Counted from the first letter of the stretch, positions 49,918-60,046 are shown. The stretch is 64,000 bases of DNA from a bacterium (GCA_965261595.1 CBDHDG010000002.1:1-64000); one strand, 5' to 3'. The notes: generated from the sequence alone by a model not told the origin. Translations and numbers: made by a program.

Positions 49918-50123
49918 TTTTCTCTCCCTTGATCGTGCGTCCGCAGGCCGGTGCGAAGGCGCGGCCTGGCGGACATCCCGCGGGGCGATGCACCCGGAAT
50001 CGCTGGCGTCTCCAGAAGCAAGCCTGCACGCCGGACGGAGCGGGAGTTCCGGCTGCCGGCGGGTCGAAGGCCGGGCTCCCGGAGGGTGCCCGCGCCGCCG
50101 TCCAGCCATTCCGGAGCACGCCC

Positions 50124-51149
50124 ATGACCGACCCCGACACCATCTCCGCCGACTACACGCTGCGCCCCAGCGAACTCGCCGTCACCCTCGCACTTCTGGT
50201 CGAGGCCCGCCAGCCGACCCTGGAATGGGGACCGCCCGGCACTGCAAAATCGATGATCGCCCGGCAGGTCGCCGCCGATGCCGGCCGCCAGTATGTCGAC
50301 GTCCGGGCGCTCCTGCTCGACCCCGTCGACCTGCGCGGCATTCCGTGGCGCGACAGCGCCGACCGCACCCGCTGGGCGCCGCCGGCCTTCCTGCCGCCCA
50401 CCGACGATCCCGGCCGCTGGCTCATCAACCTGGAAGAGCTGCCGTCCGCGGTGCAGATGGTGCAGGCGGCGCTGTATCAGTTGGTGCTCGACCGCAAGGT
50501 GGGCGAATACGAGCTCCCCGAGGGCGCCTCGCTGATCGCCTGCGGCAACCGCGAGTTCGACCGCGGCGTCGTCCACCGCATGCCGACGCCGCTGGCATCG
50601 CGCTTCGTTCATCTGGAGATCAGGGTCGATGCCCAGGACTGGATCGCCTGGGGGGCGGCGAACGGAATCACGCCCGAGGTCCTGTTCTACATCCAGATGC
50701 GCCCCGACATGCTGCACCTGTTCGATCCCCAGTCGCGCGAGAAAGCGTTTTGCTGCCCTCGGACGTGGGAGATGGTTTCCAACATCGTGAACCGGCGGAA
50801 CGGCCTCGATCCGTCCGTCGAACGCGCGCTGTTCCGCGGCACCGTGGGCGAGGCCGCCGCGGTCGAGTTTTCCGCATTTCTGAAGGTCTGGCGCGAGTTG
50901 CCCCATCCGAGGGCCGTCATCGACGATCCCGAGAACGCCGTAGTGCCGGAGAACGCCAGCGCGCTGATCGCGCTCTGCGGCTCGCTCTACCGCATGGCCG
51001 ACGACATCAACCTCGGCGCCATCGTCACCTACGCCACGCGCCTGCGCCGCGAGATCGGCGAGTTCCTCGTCGGTTCCTGCATCCGCCGCGATCCGGACCT
51101 GCAGCGCTCGCCGGCCTTCATCCGCTGGGCCGCCGCCCGCACCCAGTGA
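50124..51149 (+). CDS. MoxR-like AAA+ ATPase
   Basis: WGPPGTAKS, DPVDLRGIP, LINLEEL, ACGNR, PLASRF, PRTWE. Confidence 0.85.
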   Translation: MTDPDTISADYTLRPSELAVTLALLVEARQPTLEWGPPGTAKSMIARQVAADAGRQYVDVRALLLDPVDLRGIPWRDSADRTRWAPPAFLPPTDDPGRWLINLEELPSAVQMVQAALYQLVLDRKVGEYELPEGASLIACGNREFDRGVVHRMPTPLASRFVHLEIRVDAQDWIAWGAANGITPEVLFYIQMRPDMLHLFDPQSREKAFCCPRTWEMVSNIVNRRNGLDPSVERALFRGTVGEAAAVEFSAFLKVWRELPHPRAVIDDPENAVVPENASALIALCGSLYRMADDINLGAIVTYATRLRREIGEFLVGSCIRRDPDLQRSPAFIRWAAARTQ

Positions 51150-51175
51150 CACCGCCATTTTGGGAGATCGACACC

Positions 51176-52087
51176 ATGGACCTCACCCACGACGCCATGC
51201 TGGTCAGCCTGCGCATCAGCGCCTGGTCGGGCCGGCTCTACGACCGCAAGGCGAGCAACCATGTTGCCGTCCACCATGAGGCCTCCGCCAGCGCCGGGCG
51301 CTACAACAAGTGCCTGCTGCCCAAGGCCGCTTTCGCCGCGCTCACCGCCACCATGAGCAAGGCGAGGAGTTCGCATTACGAGCAGACGCTGCCCTGGGAC
51401 GACCAGGGCAGCCGGCTGCTCACCGTCGCCAACTACGGACACTACATGGAACTCCTGGACGGCCTCCGGGAGCGCATGGTGCGCGAGCGCGCCCGCTTCA
51501 TCGAGGACTACGAGGACAACATCGACCAGGCCCGGCTCGATCTCGGCAAGCTGTTCCGCATCGAGGACTATCCCTCGCAGGAAGCGCTGCAGGGAAAGTT
51601 CGGCATCCGCTACCGCATCACGCCCGTCCCGGACGCCGACCACTTCATGGCGAAGCTCGCCTCGGACGACACCGACCGGGTCAAGCGCGACATCGAAAGC
51701 CAGATCGAGGAACGCCTGCACGATGCCGTGGGCGACCTCTACCGGCGCCTCGGCGAGGCGGTCGAGCGGGTCGGCGACCGGCTGCGCGAGGACGGCGAGG
51801 GCAAGCCGCTGGTGTTCCGCGATTCGATGATCCATAACATCCGGGGCCTGGTCGACGTGGTGCCGCGTCTCAACATCTTCGGCGACGACACCCTGGCCCG
51901 TCTCTGCGAGCAGGTGAAGGAGAAGATCGCCGGCGTCGAGCCGGATTCGCTCCGCCCCTCGCGGACCTTCGATCCCGCTGCCCGCGCCCGCGTAAAGCGC
52001 GACGCCGACGCGCTGATGGAGCAGTTCGCGGGGTATTTCGCGCCTGAGGCCGGGACCGCAGTCGAGTCCGAGCGGAAGGCCGCGTGA
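51176..52087 (+). CDS. DUF3150-like protein
   Basis: MLVSLRISAWSGR..DRKAS, TLPWDDQGSRLL, DYPS, FRDSMI, LNIFGD; between AAA and VWA genes. Confidence 0.6.
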   Translation: MDLTHDAMLVSLRISAWSGRLYDRKASNHVAVHHEASASAGRYNKCLLPKAAFAALTATMSKARSSHYEQTLPWDDQGSRLLTVANYGHYMELLDGLRERMVRERARFIEDYEDNIDQARLDLGKLFRIEDYPSQEALQGKFGIRYRITPVPDADHFMAKLASDDTDRVKRDIESQIEERLHDAVGDLYRRLGEAVERVGDRLREDGEGKPLVFRDSMIHNIRGLVDVVPRLNIFGDDTLARLCEQVKEKIAGVEPDSLRPSRTFDPAARARVKRDADALMEQFAGYFAPEAGTAVESERKAA

Positions 52088-53457
52088 TGGCCGCCCGTGT
52101 GCACAGCGAATCCGCGCGGCGCATCAGCGGTTGCGTGACCGCCTTGCTGCGCGAGCAGCCCTTCTTCGGCAGCCTCGCCTTGAGGCTGCCGATCCGCGCC
52201 GATGCCAGCCGCGAGACCGTGGCCAGCGACGGGCGGGAGATCCGCTATTCGCCCCGGTGGATCGCCGACACCGATGCCCATGTCATCGAGACCGCCATGG
52301 CAAGGATCGTCCTGGCGTGCGCGCTGAAGCACCACACGCGCCGGGGTGAGCGCGATCCGGAGCGCTGGCAGTGCGCCTCCCAGCTGGTGACCCACGGTTT
52401 GCTGAGGGACGCCGGTTTCACCCTGCCACCCGACGCCGAAGCCTGGGACGGCATCAGCGTCGAGCAGGCCTATGACCGCCTGCCGGCGCCGGACCCCGAC
52501 GACGGCGACGGCGACGGCAACGCGCCGTCCGGCGCCGGAGACGCCGGCGCGCCAGATTCGTCACCATCAACTGACTCCGGCGGTGACGATAATTCCGGCG
52601 GGTCCGATGACGGGCCTGGCGACGGGTCGGGCAAAGCGTCGGACAATGGCGATCCGCAGGACGGCGACGGCCAGGATACGGGCCCCGGGGCCGACGCCCT
52701 GCCGAGCCGCGATCCCGCCGGCACCGGCGAGGTCATGGACGCACCCGCCGGTGCCGGGCAGGGCGGCGCCGACCCGTCCCCAGCCGAGATTGCCGAAGAG
52801 GAGCAGGCCTGGGACGAGGCCATGCACCAGGCGGCCAGCCTAGCCAAGGCCCAGGGCAGGATGCCGGGCGCCGTCGAAGAGACGGTCCGGGGCGCCCACG
52901 TCAGCACCGTCGACTGGCGGTCGCTCTTGCGCCGCTACATGACGGACGCCTCGAAGAGCGACTATTCCTGGAGCCTGCCCAACCGGCGCTTCATCGACAG
53001 CGGGTTGTATTTGCCGTCGATCCGCTCGGAGGGCATCGATACGATCGCCGTCATCGTCGACACCTCGGGCTCGCTGCCGGCCAGGACGCTGGCGGAGTTC
53101 TGGGCCGAGGTGCGGGAGGTCACGGCGGAGCTTCAGCCGGAGCGCGTCATCCTTCTGCAGGTCGACGCCGCGGTGCAGGACGCGGCCGAATACGCCGCCG
53201 CCGACCTGCCCGACGAAATCGCGATCAGGGGCCGTGGCGGCACCGACTTCCGTCCGGGCTTTGCCTGGCTCGAAGAGCACGACATCCAGCCCGGCGTCTA
53301 CCTCTACCTCACCGACATGCTGTGTTCGAGCTACCCGGAGGACGAGCCAAGCTTCCCTGTCGTGTGGGTAAATTATGCCCCACCGCCCGGCGACTGGAAC
53401 CGCGAACCCTGGGACGAGCGCATCGACATCGGAACCTCTTCGGGGGCTGCGTCGTGA
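52084..53457 (+). CDS. DUF2201 metallopeptidase-like N-domain + VWA domain protein
   Basis: QPFFGSLAL, VASDG, acidic linker, VDWRSLLRR, IVDTSGS (MIDAS), GRGGTDFRP, YLTD. Confidence 0.85.
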   Translation: MMAARVHSESARRISGCVTALLREQPFFGSLALRLPIRADASRETVASDGREIRYSPRWIADTDAHVIETAMARIVLACALKHHTRRGERDPERWQCASQLVTHGLLRDAGFTLPPDAEAWDGISVEQAYDRLPAPDPDDGDGDGNAPSGAGDAGAPDSSPSTDSGGDDNSGGSDDGPGDGSGKASDNGDPQDGDGQDTGPGADALPSRDPAGTGEVMDAPAGAGQGGADPSPAEIAEEEQAWDEAMHQAASLAKAQGRMPGAVEETVRGAHVSTVDWRSLLRRYMTDASKSDYSWSLPNRRFIDSGLYLPSIRSEGIDTIAVIVDTSGSLPARTLAEFWAEVREVTAELQPERVILLQVDAAVQDAAEYAAADLPDEIAIRGRGGTDFRPGFAWLEEHDIQPGVYLYLTDMLCSSYPEDEPSFPVVWVNYAPPPGDWNREPWDERIDIGTSSGAAS

Positions 53458-53678
53458 GCCGGGCGATATACGGTGCCCCAGCCGAGGCGCTCAGGCAGGC
53501 ACTCGACGCCCTGGCCCGGCTCGCCTTCTGGATATCGTGTACCGCCGACTCCGATCTGCGTCCCGATATCCCGGTGAGCATCCGCAACATGCGCGAGGCG
53601 GCGGCCGCGCTCCGCAACGCCGCGGACGTTCTCGATCTGGCCACCGACCGTGCCCACTCACGGCCGCTCCCCCGCTGA
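53454..53678 (+). CDS. Small hypothetical protein
   Basis: GTGA overlap with VWA gene; 74 aa helical. Confidence 0.45.
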   Translation: MSRAIYGAPAEALRQALDALARLAFWISCTADSDLRPDIPVSIRNMREAAAALRNAADVLDLATDRAHSRPLPR

Positions 53679-53847
53679 CACCTCCGGGGACGGCCGCCGC
53701 CGTTCCGCCATCGCCGCCCATGCCCCGCAACAGCCCCGCCAGGAGCCGGAGCCGGGCCGGGTCCGGGCGGGGCGCGGGACGGCCGGAGAGGGCCGCCTCC
53801 GCCGCACCCGTTCCATCCTTTTCATCACGATATCGAGGGAGATTCGC

Positions 53848-56325
53848 ATGAATCACATCGCCCCCCTGCACGAACCGCTCATCCGGGAGGTTCCGCTGAG
53901 CCGGCTGGCGCTTGCGCCCGAGAACGTGCGCAAGACGCCGGCCGACCCGGTCGCCGAGGCCGAGATGAAGGCCTCCATTGCCACCCATGGCCTGCTGGAG
54001 AACCTGGTCGTTCGCATGGACGGACCGGCCGATGCCGGCGCCTATGCCGTGATCGCCGGCGGACGCCGCCTCGCGGCCATGAAGGCCTTGGCCGAGGACG
54101 GCACGATCGACGCCGACCACCCGGTGCCCTGCCTAGTCGCCGCCGATCCGGCGATGGCGGGCGAGCTGTCGCTGGCGGAGAACATCGTCCGCATCGCCAT
54201 GCATCCCGCCGATCAGGTGATCGCGTTCTCGAAGCTGGCCGACGCCGGCCTATCGGTGGGTTCCATCGCGGCGCGTTTCGGCACGGCCGAGCGCCTGGTC
54301 GAACAGCGCCTGCGCCTCGGCAACGTGGCGCCGGACCTGCTCGACGCCTACCGCGCCCACAAGATCGACCTCGAAGTGCTGAAAGCCTTCTCCGTCACGC
54401 CCGACCATGCCCGCCAGATGGCGGCCTGGGAACAGGTCGCGGGGCAGGGCTACCGGCCCAGCGCGTGGCAGGTGAAACGGTTGCTCACCGAGGAACGGAT
54501 TCCGGGCACCTCGGCGGTCGCGCGCTTCGTCGGCGTCGAGCCCTATGAGGCCGCCGGCGGCAAGGTGCTGCGCGATCTCTTCTCGAACGACGACGACAGC
54601 GCCGTCTGGTTCGACGACCCGGCGCTCCTGAACAATCTCGCCATGGAGAATCTCCGGGTCTTCAAGGACGAGCTCGAGACCCGCTGGAAGTGGGCCACGG
54701 CCATGGTCGAGGTCGACTGGAACACCACCGCCCGCTACGGGCGGATCTATCCCGAGCCGGCCGAGCGCACGCCGGAAGAGCAGGCCGAGATCGAGAAGCT
54801 GGAGGCACGCCAGGGCGTCCTCGCGGAGCTCGACGACGATGCCTGGACCGAGGAGCTGGTCCGCGAGGCCGAGACCATCGAGGAACGCCTCGACGAGATC
54901 GAGGGCGGGATCGAGGCCCGCGCCGTCTACAGGCGCGAGGATTTCGGGATCGCCGGCTGCATCGCCACCATCGGACGCGACGGCACGCTCCAGGTCATCC
55001 ATGGCCTGGTCCGGCCCGAGGACATGCCGAAGGAACCGGAAGCCGCCGGAAACACCGGTGCCAGATCTGGTGACGGCAATGACGGCGACAGCCATACCGC
55101 CGAAGCCGGGACCGGAACCGATGCCGGCCACATCTCCGTCCCGGCAATGTCCGAGCCCATGAACCTGCCGAAGGACCGCGAGGCCGAGGCGCGCAAGGAA
55201 GCGGGCGTCGGCATCGGACTTGCCGACGATCTGCGGTCGATCCGGACAGCGCTCGTCAAGGCGAAGCTCGCCGGGGACTTCGAGGCCGCCTTCGACCTCA
55301 TGCTGTTCCAGCTCGGCCGGTCCGTCTTCACCGACGGATACAAGGCGCACGCGCTCGACATCGCGGTCCGCGAGACCGCCGATCGGCCGACCATGCGCAT
55401 GAACGACGCCGACTTCGCCGCCTGGAGCCCCGGCGAGGCCATGCTGGAGGACCGCTCCGGTCTCAGCTTCGACTGGCTGGAGATCGAGGACGACGGCGAA
55501 TCCTTCGCGGCGCTGCGCGCGCTTTCGCAGGCCGACAAGCAGGCGCTGTTCGCCGCCTGCGTCGCGCGCACGGTGAAGGGGCAGCTCGCCTTCGAGCCCT
55601 TGGCACGCCCGGAACTGGAGGTCACGGTCGCCCGGCTCGATATCGACTTCGCCAGCCATGTGCGCCCCACGGCGGACATGCTGTGGTCGCGGATCAACAA
55701 GGGTCGGATTCTCGACATCGCCCGCTCGGTGCTGAGCCCGGCCTGGGCCTCGGCGCGGTCGAAGAACAAGAAGCCCGATCTCGCCAAGGCGATGGAGAAG
55801 GCCTTCGCGGCCGGCGATCCGCCGCTCGGGCTACATGCCGACGACCATGCGGCGGCGCTCGCCTGGATGCCGCCGGGTTTCGCGGCGTTCGATACCGGCC
55901 GCGTGGAGGACGAGCCGGAAGACGCCGCGGCGGCGGAACCGGCGGCGGAGGCATCCGGTCCCGACCCCGAACCCGTTGCCGGCCCCGCCGCCGATGCGGG
56001 GAGCCCGGAGACGCCCGCCGATCCGCCGCGCACGAACTCCGTGGTCGAGAGCGTCGAGGCGCCGGCGGTCGCCGAACGCCGGGCCGCCGAACGTGCCACC
56101 GGCAACGGTCATGCCACGCCGGCTGCTCCGGAGACCGATTCCGCCGCCGGCGACCACGGGAGCGATGCCAGGGTGGACGGTCCCGAGTCCGGAGCCTCCG
56201 AACCGGCCAAGCCGGCGGATATCGCCGCCCGCCATCCCGGACCGGTGAACGGCCACGATGCCGGCGACGGGCTCGACATTCCCGAGTTCCTGCGCCGCGT
56301 ACCGGGGCATTCCGCCGTCAACTGA
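53848..56325 (+). CDS. ParB/RepB/Spo0J-family protein with long disordered C-terminal tail
   Basis: PENVRKT, SIATHGLLENLVV, IAGGRRLAA, SLAENIVR..MHPADQ, HTH IAARFG. Confidence 0.9.
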   Translation: MNHIAPLHEPLIREVPLSRLALAPENVRKTPADPVAEAEMKASIATHGLLENLVVRMDGPADAGAYAVIAGGRRLAAMKALAEDGTIDADHPVPCLVAADPAMAGELSLAENIVRIAMHPADQVIAFSKLADAGLSVGSIAARFGTAERLVEQRLRLGNVAPDLLDAYRAHKIDLEVLKAFSVTPDHARQMAAWEQVAGQGYRPSAWQVKRLLTEERIPGTSAVARFVGVEPYEAAGGKVLRDLFSNDDDSAVWFDDPALLNNLAMENLRVFKDELETRWKWATAMVEVDWNTTARYGRIYPEPAERTPEEQAEIEKLEARQGVLAELDDDAWTEELVREAETIEERLDEIEGGIEARAVYRREDFGIAGCIATIGRDGTLQVIHGLVRPEDMPKEPEAAGNTGARSGDGNDGDSHTAEAGTGTDAGHISVPAMSEPMNLPKDREAEARKEAGVGIGLADDLRSIRTALVKAKLAGDFEAAFDLMLFQLGRSVFTDGYKAHALDIAVRETADRPTMRMNDADFAAWSPGEAMLEDRSGLSFDWLEIEDDGESFAALRALSQADKQALFAACVARTVKGQLAFEPLARPELEVTVARLDIDFASHVRPTADMLWSRINKGRILDIARSVLSPAWASARSKNKKPDLAKAMEKAFAAGDPPLGLHADDHAAALAWMPPGFAAFDTGRVEDEPEDAAAAEPAAEASGPDPEPVAGPAADAGSPETPADPPRTNSVVESVEAPAVAERRAAERATGNGHATPAAPETDSAAGDHGSDARVDGPESGASEPAKPADIAARHPGPVNGHDAGDGLDIPEFLRRVPGHSAVN

Positions 56326-56347
56326 CCGCACGCCACGGTCCTTCATG

Positions 56348-56380
56348 CGCCCCGCCGGACCGCCGTCCGGCGGGGCGTTT
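56348..56380 (+). terminator. GC-rich hairpin, probable intrinsic terminator
   Basis: 13-bp perfect stem CGCCCCGCCGGAC/GTCCGGCGGGGCG followed by TTT. Confidence 0.65.
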
Positions 56381-56411
56381 CCGTTTCCGCATCCTTCGGG
56401 GAGCTCCCTGC

Positions 56412-58196
56412 ATGAACCAGATTGCCAGAACGCCGCCGGCGAATATCCGCGCCCGCATCCACGACAACGCGTTGAAGCGCGTCACGAGGGTTTACGCATC
56501 GACGCTCGCCGACGTGCTGACCGAGACGTTGCAGAATTCACGCCGCGGCGGCGCTACCGGGGTCCGCATCTCCGTCGGCACGCTTACCGACCAGCTTGGC
56601 GGCGAAACGCGTTTCACCGTCACCATCGCCGACGACGGAACCGGCATCGCCGATCCCGCCGTCCTGCTGAGCTTCGGCGAGAATGGCTGGTCCGACGACC
56701 TCGTCCGCCGCGAGGACGCCGCCGGCTTCGGTTTCGCGAGCCTGTCGCGCCGCGGCTGCACGGTCGCCTCGCGGCCGCGTTCGCCGGACGGCCATACCTT
56801 GCCCGGCTGGCGGGTCGATCTCGCCCCGGAACATTTCCTGGGTGAGGCGGAGGCCGAGGTTCACGCCGATGACAGCGCGCCGTTCCCTCATGGCACGTCG
56901 ATATCGTTCGAAGCCACCGAATCCGCCGCCGCGATCCGCAATGCGGCCGTGAACGCCGCACGCCACTATCCGTTGCCCGTCATGTTCGACGGGATTCCCC
57001 GCACCGAGCCCGGCGGGGAACAGCTCGACCGCCGGGCCTTCCTCGACGGCGCGATCCATGCCGAGCCGTGGCGCGGCCTCGCCTTCGGCGTCTTCCGGAA
57101 CCGCCATCGCGGCTACAACGACCCCGATCTCAATTTCTTCGGCCTCACCGTGCCGCTCAGCCTGCCCACGGTCGAGAGCGTCCATGGCGGCATCTGGAGC
57201 GTTCGCGCCGATATCGGCGACTGCCCCGATCTGGAACTGGTGCTGCCTGCGCGCAAGGAAGCCGTCGAGAACGATTTCCTGAAGGAGATGCGGAGTGCCG
57301 CCCGGCTTGCCATCTACCGCGCCATGGCTGCCGATCCCGAACCGCGTCCCGCATACGCCGACTGGAAGAGCGCGCGGGACGCCGGCATCGACATGGCGCC
57401 GCCGCCGGCCGTCCTGCGGCCCTGGCGCCCCGGCGTCGCCGATGTCGACGACTGGCGCGAGCCGCCCAAGCTCGCCGCAGCCGTCCGCGAGCCGCTGGTC
57501 ATGGCCTGCGATCCGGAACCGCCCGAGGCGCAAGCGCTCTGGCGCGCCGCCGAACGCGCCGGCATCGCATCCCGCCTGTTCGAGGCCGACCGGCGGCTCG
57601 ACGGGTATGACTGGCATGACGAGATCCATCGGATTACCGGCATCGAAACCGAGATTGCCGCTGAAGTCGCCACCGCGGTCGCCGCAGAGGCGGCTTGGCT
57701 GCCGCTCGACGATTTCCCGCTGCCTGAGCGGGCCGGTGCGCCTGCGGCGCCTTTGCCCGGACGTCCGCAAGCCATCCGTATGACCCTTGCCGTCACGCCC
57801 GCGCGCGGGCCGGGCCGGACACTCGATCTCCCGGCCGATCTCGTGTTCGCGGGCGAGGCCTGGTCCTGGGTCGCCGAGGCCCTGCCGCTGGTGACCGGCG
57901 ACAGCGACTTGCAGCCGCACCAGCTCGCGGAGCTTCTGCGCGCCGGCTTCTTTTCGCCGTCGGACGATGCGGATTCGGACTCCTGGGAGACCCAGCGCGA
58001 CCGCTTCGACCAGGAAGCCTCGCATATAGCCATGAGGCTGCTCGCGTCCGATGACGAGGCCAGAATCGCCTCGATCGCCGAGGCGGTGCGGCGCGAGCTG
58101 TTCTGGCTCGTGCCCCGGGACCGGCCCGTGGAGATTTCCATTTGCCGGCCCGAGGTCCGGGTCACCCTTCGCGATGCCTTGGAGGACGCGTCATGA
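56412..58196 (+). CDS. GHKL/HATPase-fold ATP-binding protein
   Basis: ETLQNSRRGGAT (N box), IADDGTGI (G1), AAGFGFASL (G2), GTSISF. Confidence 0.8.
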   Translation: MNQIARTPPANIRARIHDNALKRVTRVYASTLADVLTETLQNSRRGGATGVRISVGTLTDQLGGETRFTVTIADDGTGIADPAVLLSFGENGWSDDLVRREDAAGFGFASLSRRGCTVASRPRSPDGHTLPGWRVDLAPEHFLGEAEAEVHADDSAPFPHGTSISFEATESAAAIRNAAVNAARHYPLPVMFDGIPRTEPGGEQLDRRAFLDGAIHAEPWRGLAFGVFRNRHRGYNDPDLNFFGLTVPLSLPTVESVHGGIWSVRADIGDCPDLELVLPARKEAVENDFLKEMRSAARLAIYRAMAADPEPRPAYADWKSARDAGIDMAPPPAVLRPWRPGVADVDDWREPPKLAAAVREPLVMACDPEPPEAQALWRAAERAGIASRLFEADRRLDGYDWHDEIHRITGIETEIAAEVATAVAAEAAWLPLDDFPLPERAGAPAAPLPGRPQAIRMTLAVTPARGPGRTLDLPADLVFAGEAWSWVAEALPLVTGDSDLQPHQLAELLRAGFFSPSDDADSDSWETQRDRFDQEASHIAMRLLASDDEARIASIAEAVRRELFWLVPRDRPVEISICRPEVRVTLRDALEDAS

Positions 58197-58663
58197 GCCG
58201 GCACTTCACGATTCAGTGCTCGTATTCAAGCCACCATGCCAACACCGTCACCGTCGAGGCGGACACCCTCGAAGAGGCCCTCGAAGCCGCCAACGAAGAC
58301 CCTGACGGCTGGCGCTCGACCGATCATGTCAGTGACACGGTCATCGATGCGGTTTGCGAGGGCGCCGATTGCGACCCATGGGGCGAGGGCGCGCTGCCGG
58401 TGCCCGACCGATTCATGGAGCGCGGCGAGCCGCCGGTGGTAACGCTGACCGACCCCGGCCGGCCCGGCGGCGGCGTCGAGGTCTCCGGCGGCCGGGTGCT
58501 CCTCCGCTTCAGGGCCGATGCCGGCACGGTCACGTCGGAGTTGTGCGATCCGCCGCATCCGCCCGGCAACAAACCGCTCGTCACCGTGTCCGTCGGACCC
58601 GACGGCAAACCCCTGGTCAAGCTCGAGGGCGGCAAGGCCGGAATTCGCATTCTGGACAGCTGA
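58193..58663 (+). CDS. Hypothetical protein
   Basis: ATGA overlap; VTVEADTLEEALEAA motif common in mobile-element small proteins. Confidence 0.6.
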   Translation: MSRHFTIQCSYSSHHANTVTVEADTLEEALEAANEDPDGWRSTDHVSDTVIDAVCEGADCDPWGEGALPVPDRFMERGEPPVVTLTDPGRPGGGVEVSGGRVLLRFRADAGTVTSELCDPPHPPGNKPLVTVSVGPDGKPLVKLEGGKAGIRILDS

Positions 58664-58823
58664 TCCGGTCGCCGGCCTGGCGCCCTCCGCAATCCATCCA
58701 TCCCGAACATCCGTCCCGCGCCATCCGGAGCCGGGCCCGGCCCTGTCCGGTTGCCGGGCGGCCGGGCCGCGGGAGTGTCCCGGTCTTCCGCGACCGCGCT
58801 TTCAGCAACAAGAGACCCCGCCC

Positions 58824-59063
58824 ATGACCCTCGCCACCGACCATATCCCGCAGACCGCGCCGGTTCCGCGTACCGCCGCCGTCGAAGCCGCACCGGCGCA
58901 ACCCACCGACCAGACCCAGAAGCGGGCCATCGCCGATGCCGTCTGGACCGATCTCCTCTGGCTCATGCCGCCCGACCGCACGGTCACCGTCACCGTCCGC
59001 GGCGGCAACGTTTCGGTCGAGCTCGGCCCGCCGGACCGGGCGGCGTTTCCCGCATCCCACTGA
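58824..59063 (+). CDS. Small protein resembling the C-terminus of the upstream HATPase protein
   Basis: RAIADAVWTDLLWLMPPDRTVTVTVRGGNVSVEL vs ASIAEAVRRELFWLVPRDRPVEISICRPEVRVTL. Confidence 0.6.
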   Translation: MTLATDHIPQTAPVPRTAAVEAAPAQPTDQTQKRAIADAVWTDLLWLMPPDRTVTVTVRGGNVSVELGPPDRAAFPASH

Positions 59064-59077
59064 CCGGAGGCCGCACT

Positions 59078-59473
59078 ATGGAACTCGTCACCCCCGAACT
59101 CCGGGAGAAGCTGCTCGCCAACGGCAAGAAACGCGATTGCGATCATGTCCCGGTGGCCCGATGGTTCAACCCGGCCGGCGCGGGAACCTGGCTCGTGAGC
59201 GAGCTGGATCCCGAAGACCCGGACATCGCCCATTGCCTCGCAGATCTCGGAATGGGCTGCCCCGAGATCGGCAGCGTCAGGGTTTCCGAGCTTGAAGCCT
59301 TCCAGGGACCGTTCGGCCTCGGCATCGAGCGCGACCTCTGGTTCAACGCCCGGGGCGTCCCGCTTTCCACCTACGCCGAGGCGGCAAGGTGTGCCGGCCA
59401 TATCGTCGAATTCGGACCTGAAATCGACGCTGCCGCCGCCCGTACTGCCGGGACCGCCGCATCCCCCTCCTGA
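59078..59473 (+). CDS. DUF2958 protein
   Basis: LLANG..DHVPVARWFNPAGAGTWLVSELD..LADLGMGCPEIGSV..L..IERDLWF. Confidence 0.88.
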   Translation: MELVTPELREKLLANGKKRDCDHVPVARWFNPAGAGTWLVSELDPEDPDIAHCLADLGMGCPEIGSVRVSELEAFQGPFGLGIERDLWFNARGVPLSTYAEAARCAGHIVEFGPEIDAAAARTAGTAASPS

Positions 59474-59490
59474 GTGCGCCGGTCCTGTCC

Positions 59491-59530
59491 GCGCCCCGTC
59501 CCGTCCTGTCCCGGGGCGGGGCGCTTTCTG
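59491..59530 (+). terminator. GC-rich hairpin, probable terminator
   Basis: GCGCCCCGTCCCG/CGGGGCGGGGCGC stem followed by TTTCTG. Confidence 0.55.
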
Positions 59531-59556
59531 TTCCTCCGGATCGCGGAGTCCCCATC

Positions 59557-59895
59557 ATGCCCGATATCCAGACCGCGGTCCCGGCCGCGCCCGCCGGCCC
59601 GCCGCCGGCCCTGCACCCGATGGACCCGCGGCGGGGCGAACAGCTCTCGCCCATGTTCGCGGCGTTCCTCGCCTGGCTGCTCGATCTGGAACCCATGACC
59701 GACCCGGCCATCGCCGGCATCTGCATTGCCGGCAATTCCGTCCTGGCGGCCACCACCGACAACCCGCTGTTCGACGCCCATCTCGGCAGCCTCGCCGATT
59801 TCGAGCGCAATCTGCGCGGCTGGGGCGAGGCGTGCGGCGCCGAGCCGGCCATGGTGGCGGGCCTCGTCGCCAGGCTCCGGAGGGCGGGCCGATGA
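59557..59895 (+). CDS. Hypothetical protein
   Basis: GGAG RBS, 112 aa, codon usage like neighbours. Confidence 0.55.
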   Translation: MPDIQTAVPAAPAGPPPALHPMDPRRGEQLSPMFAAFLAWLLDLEPMTDPAIAGICIAGNSVLAATTDNPLFDAHLGSLADFERNLRGWGEACGAEPAMVAGLVARLRRAGR

Positions 59896-60046
59896 GCTTT
59901 CCCGATCTTCCGGCGAACGACTGCCGCCACCGGGCCGCCCTCGACATCGTCGATCCGGGCGCATCCAACCCGTACGAGCGCCGCATGGATGTCTCCCGCG
60001 CCCGCACCGCCGAGCGCCCGTATCCGCCAGCCGGGGAGGCCGCCGC

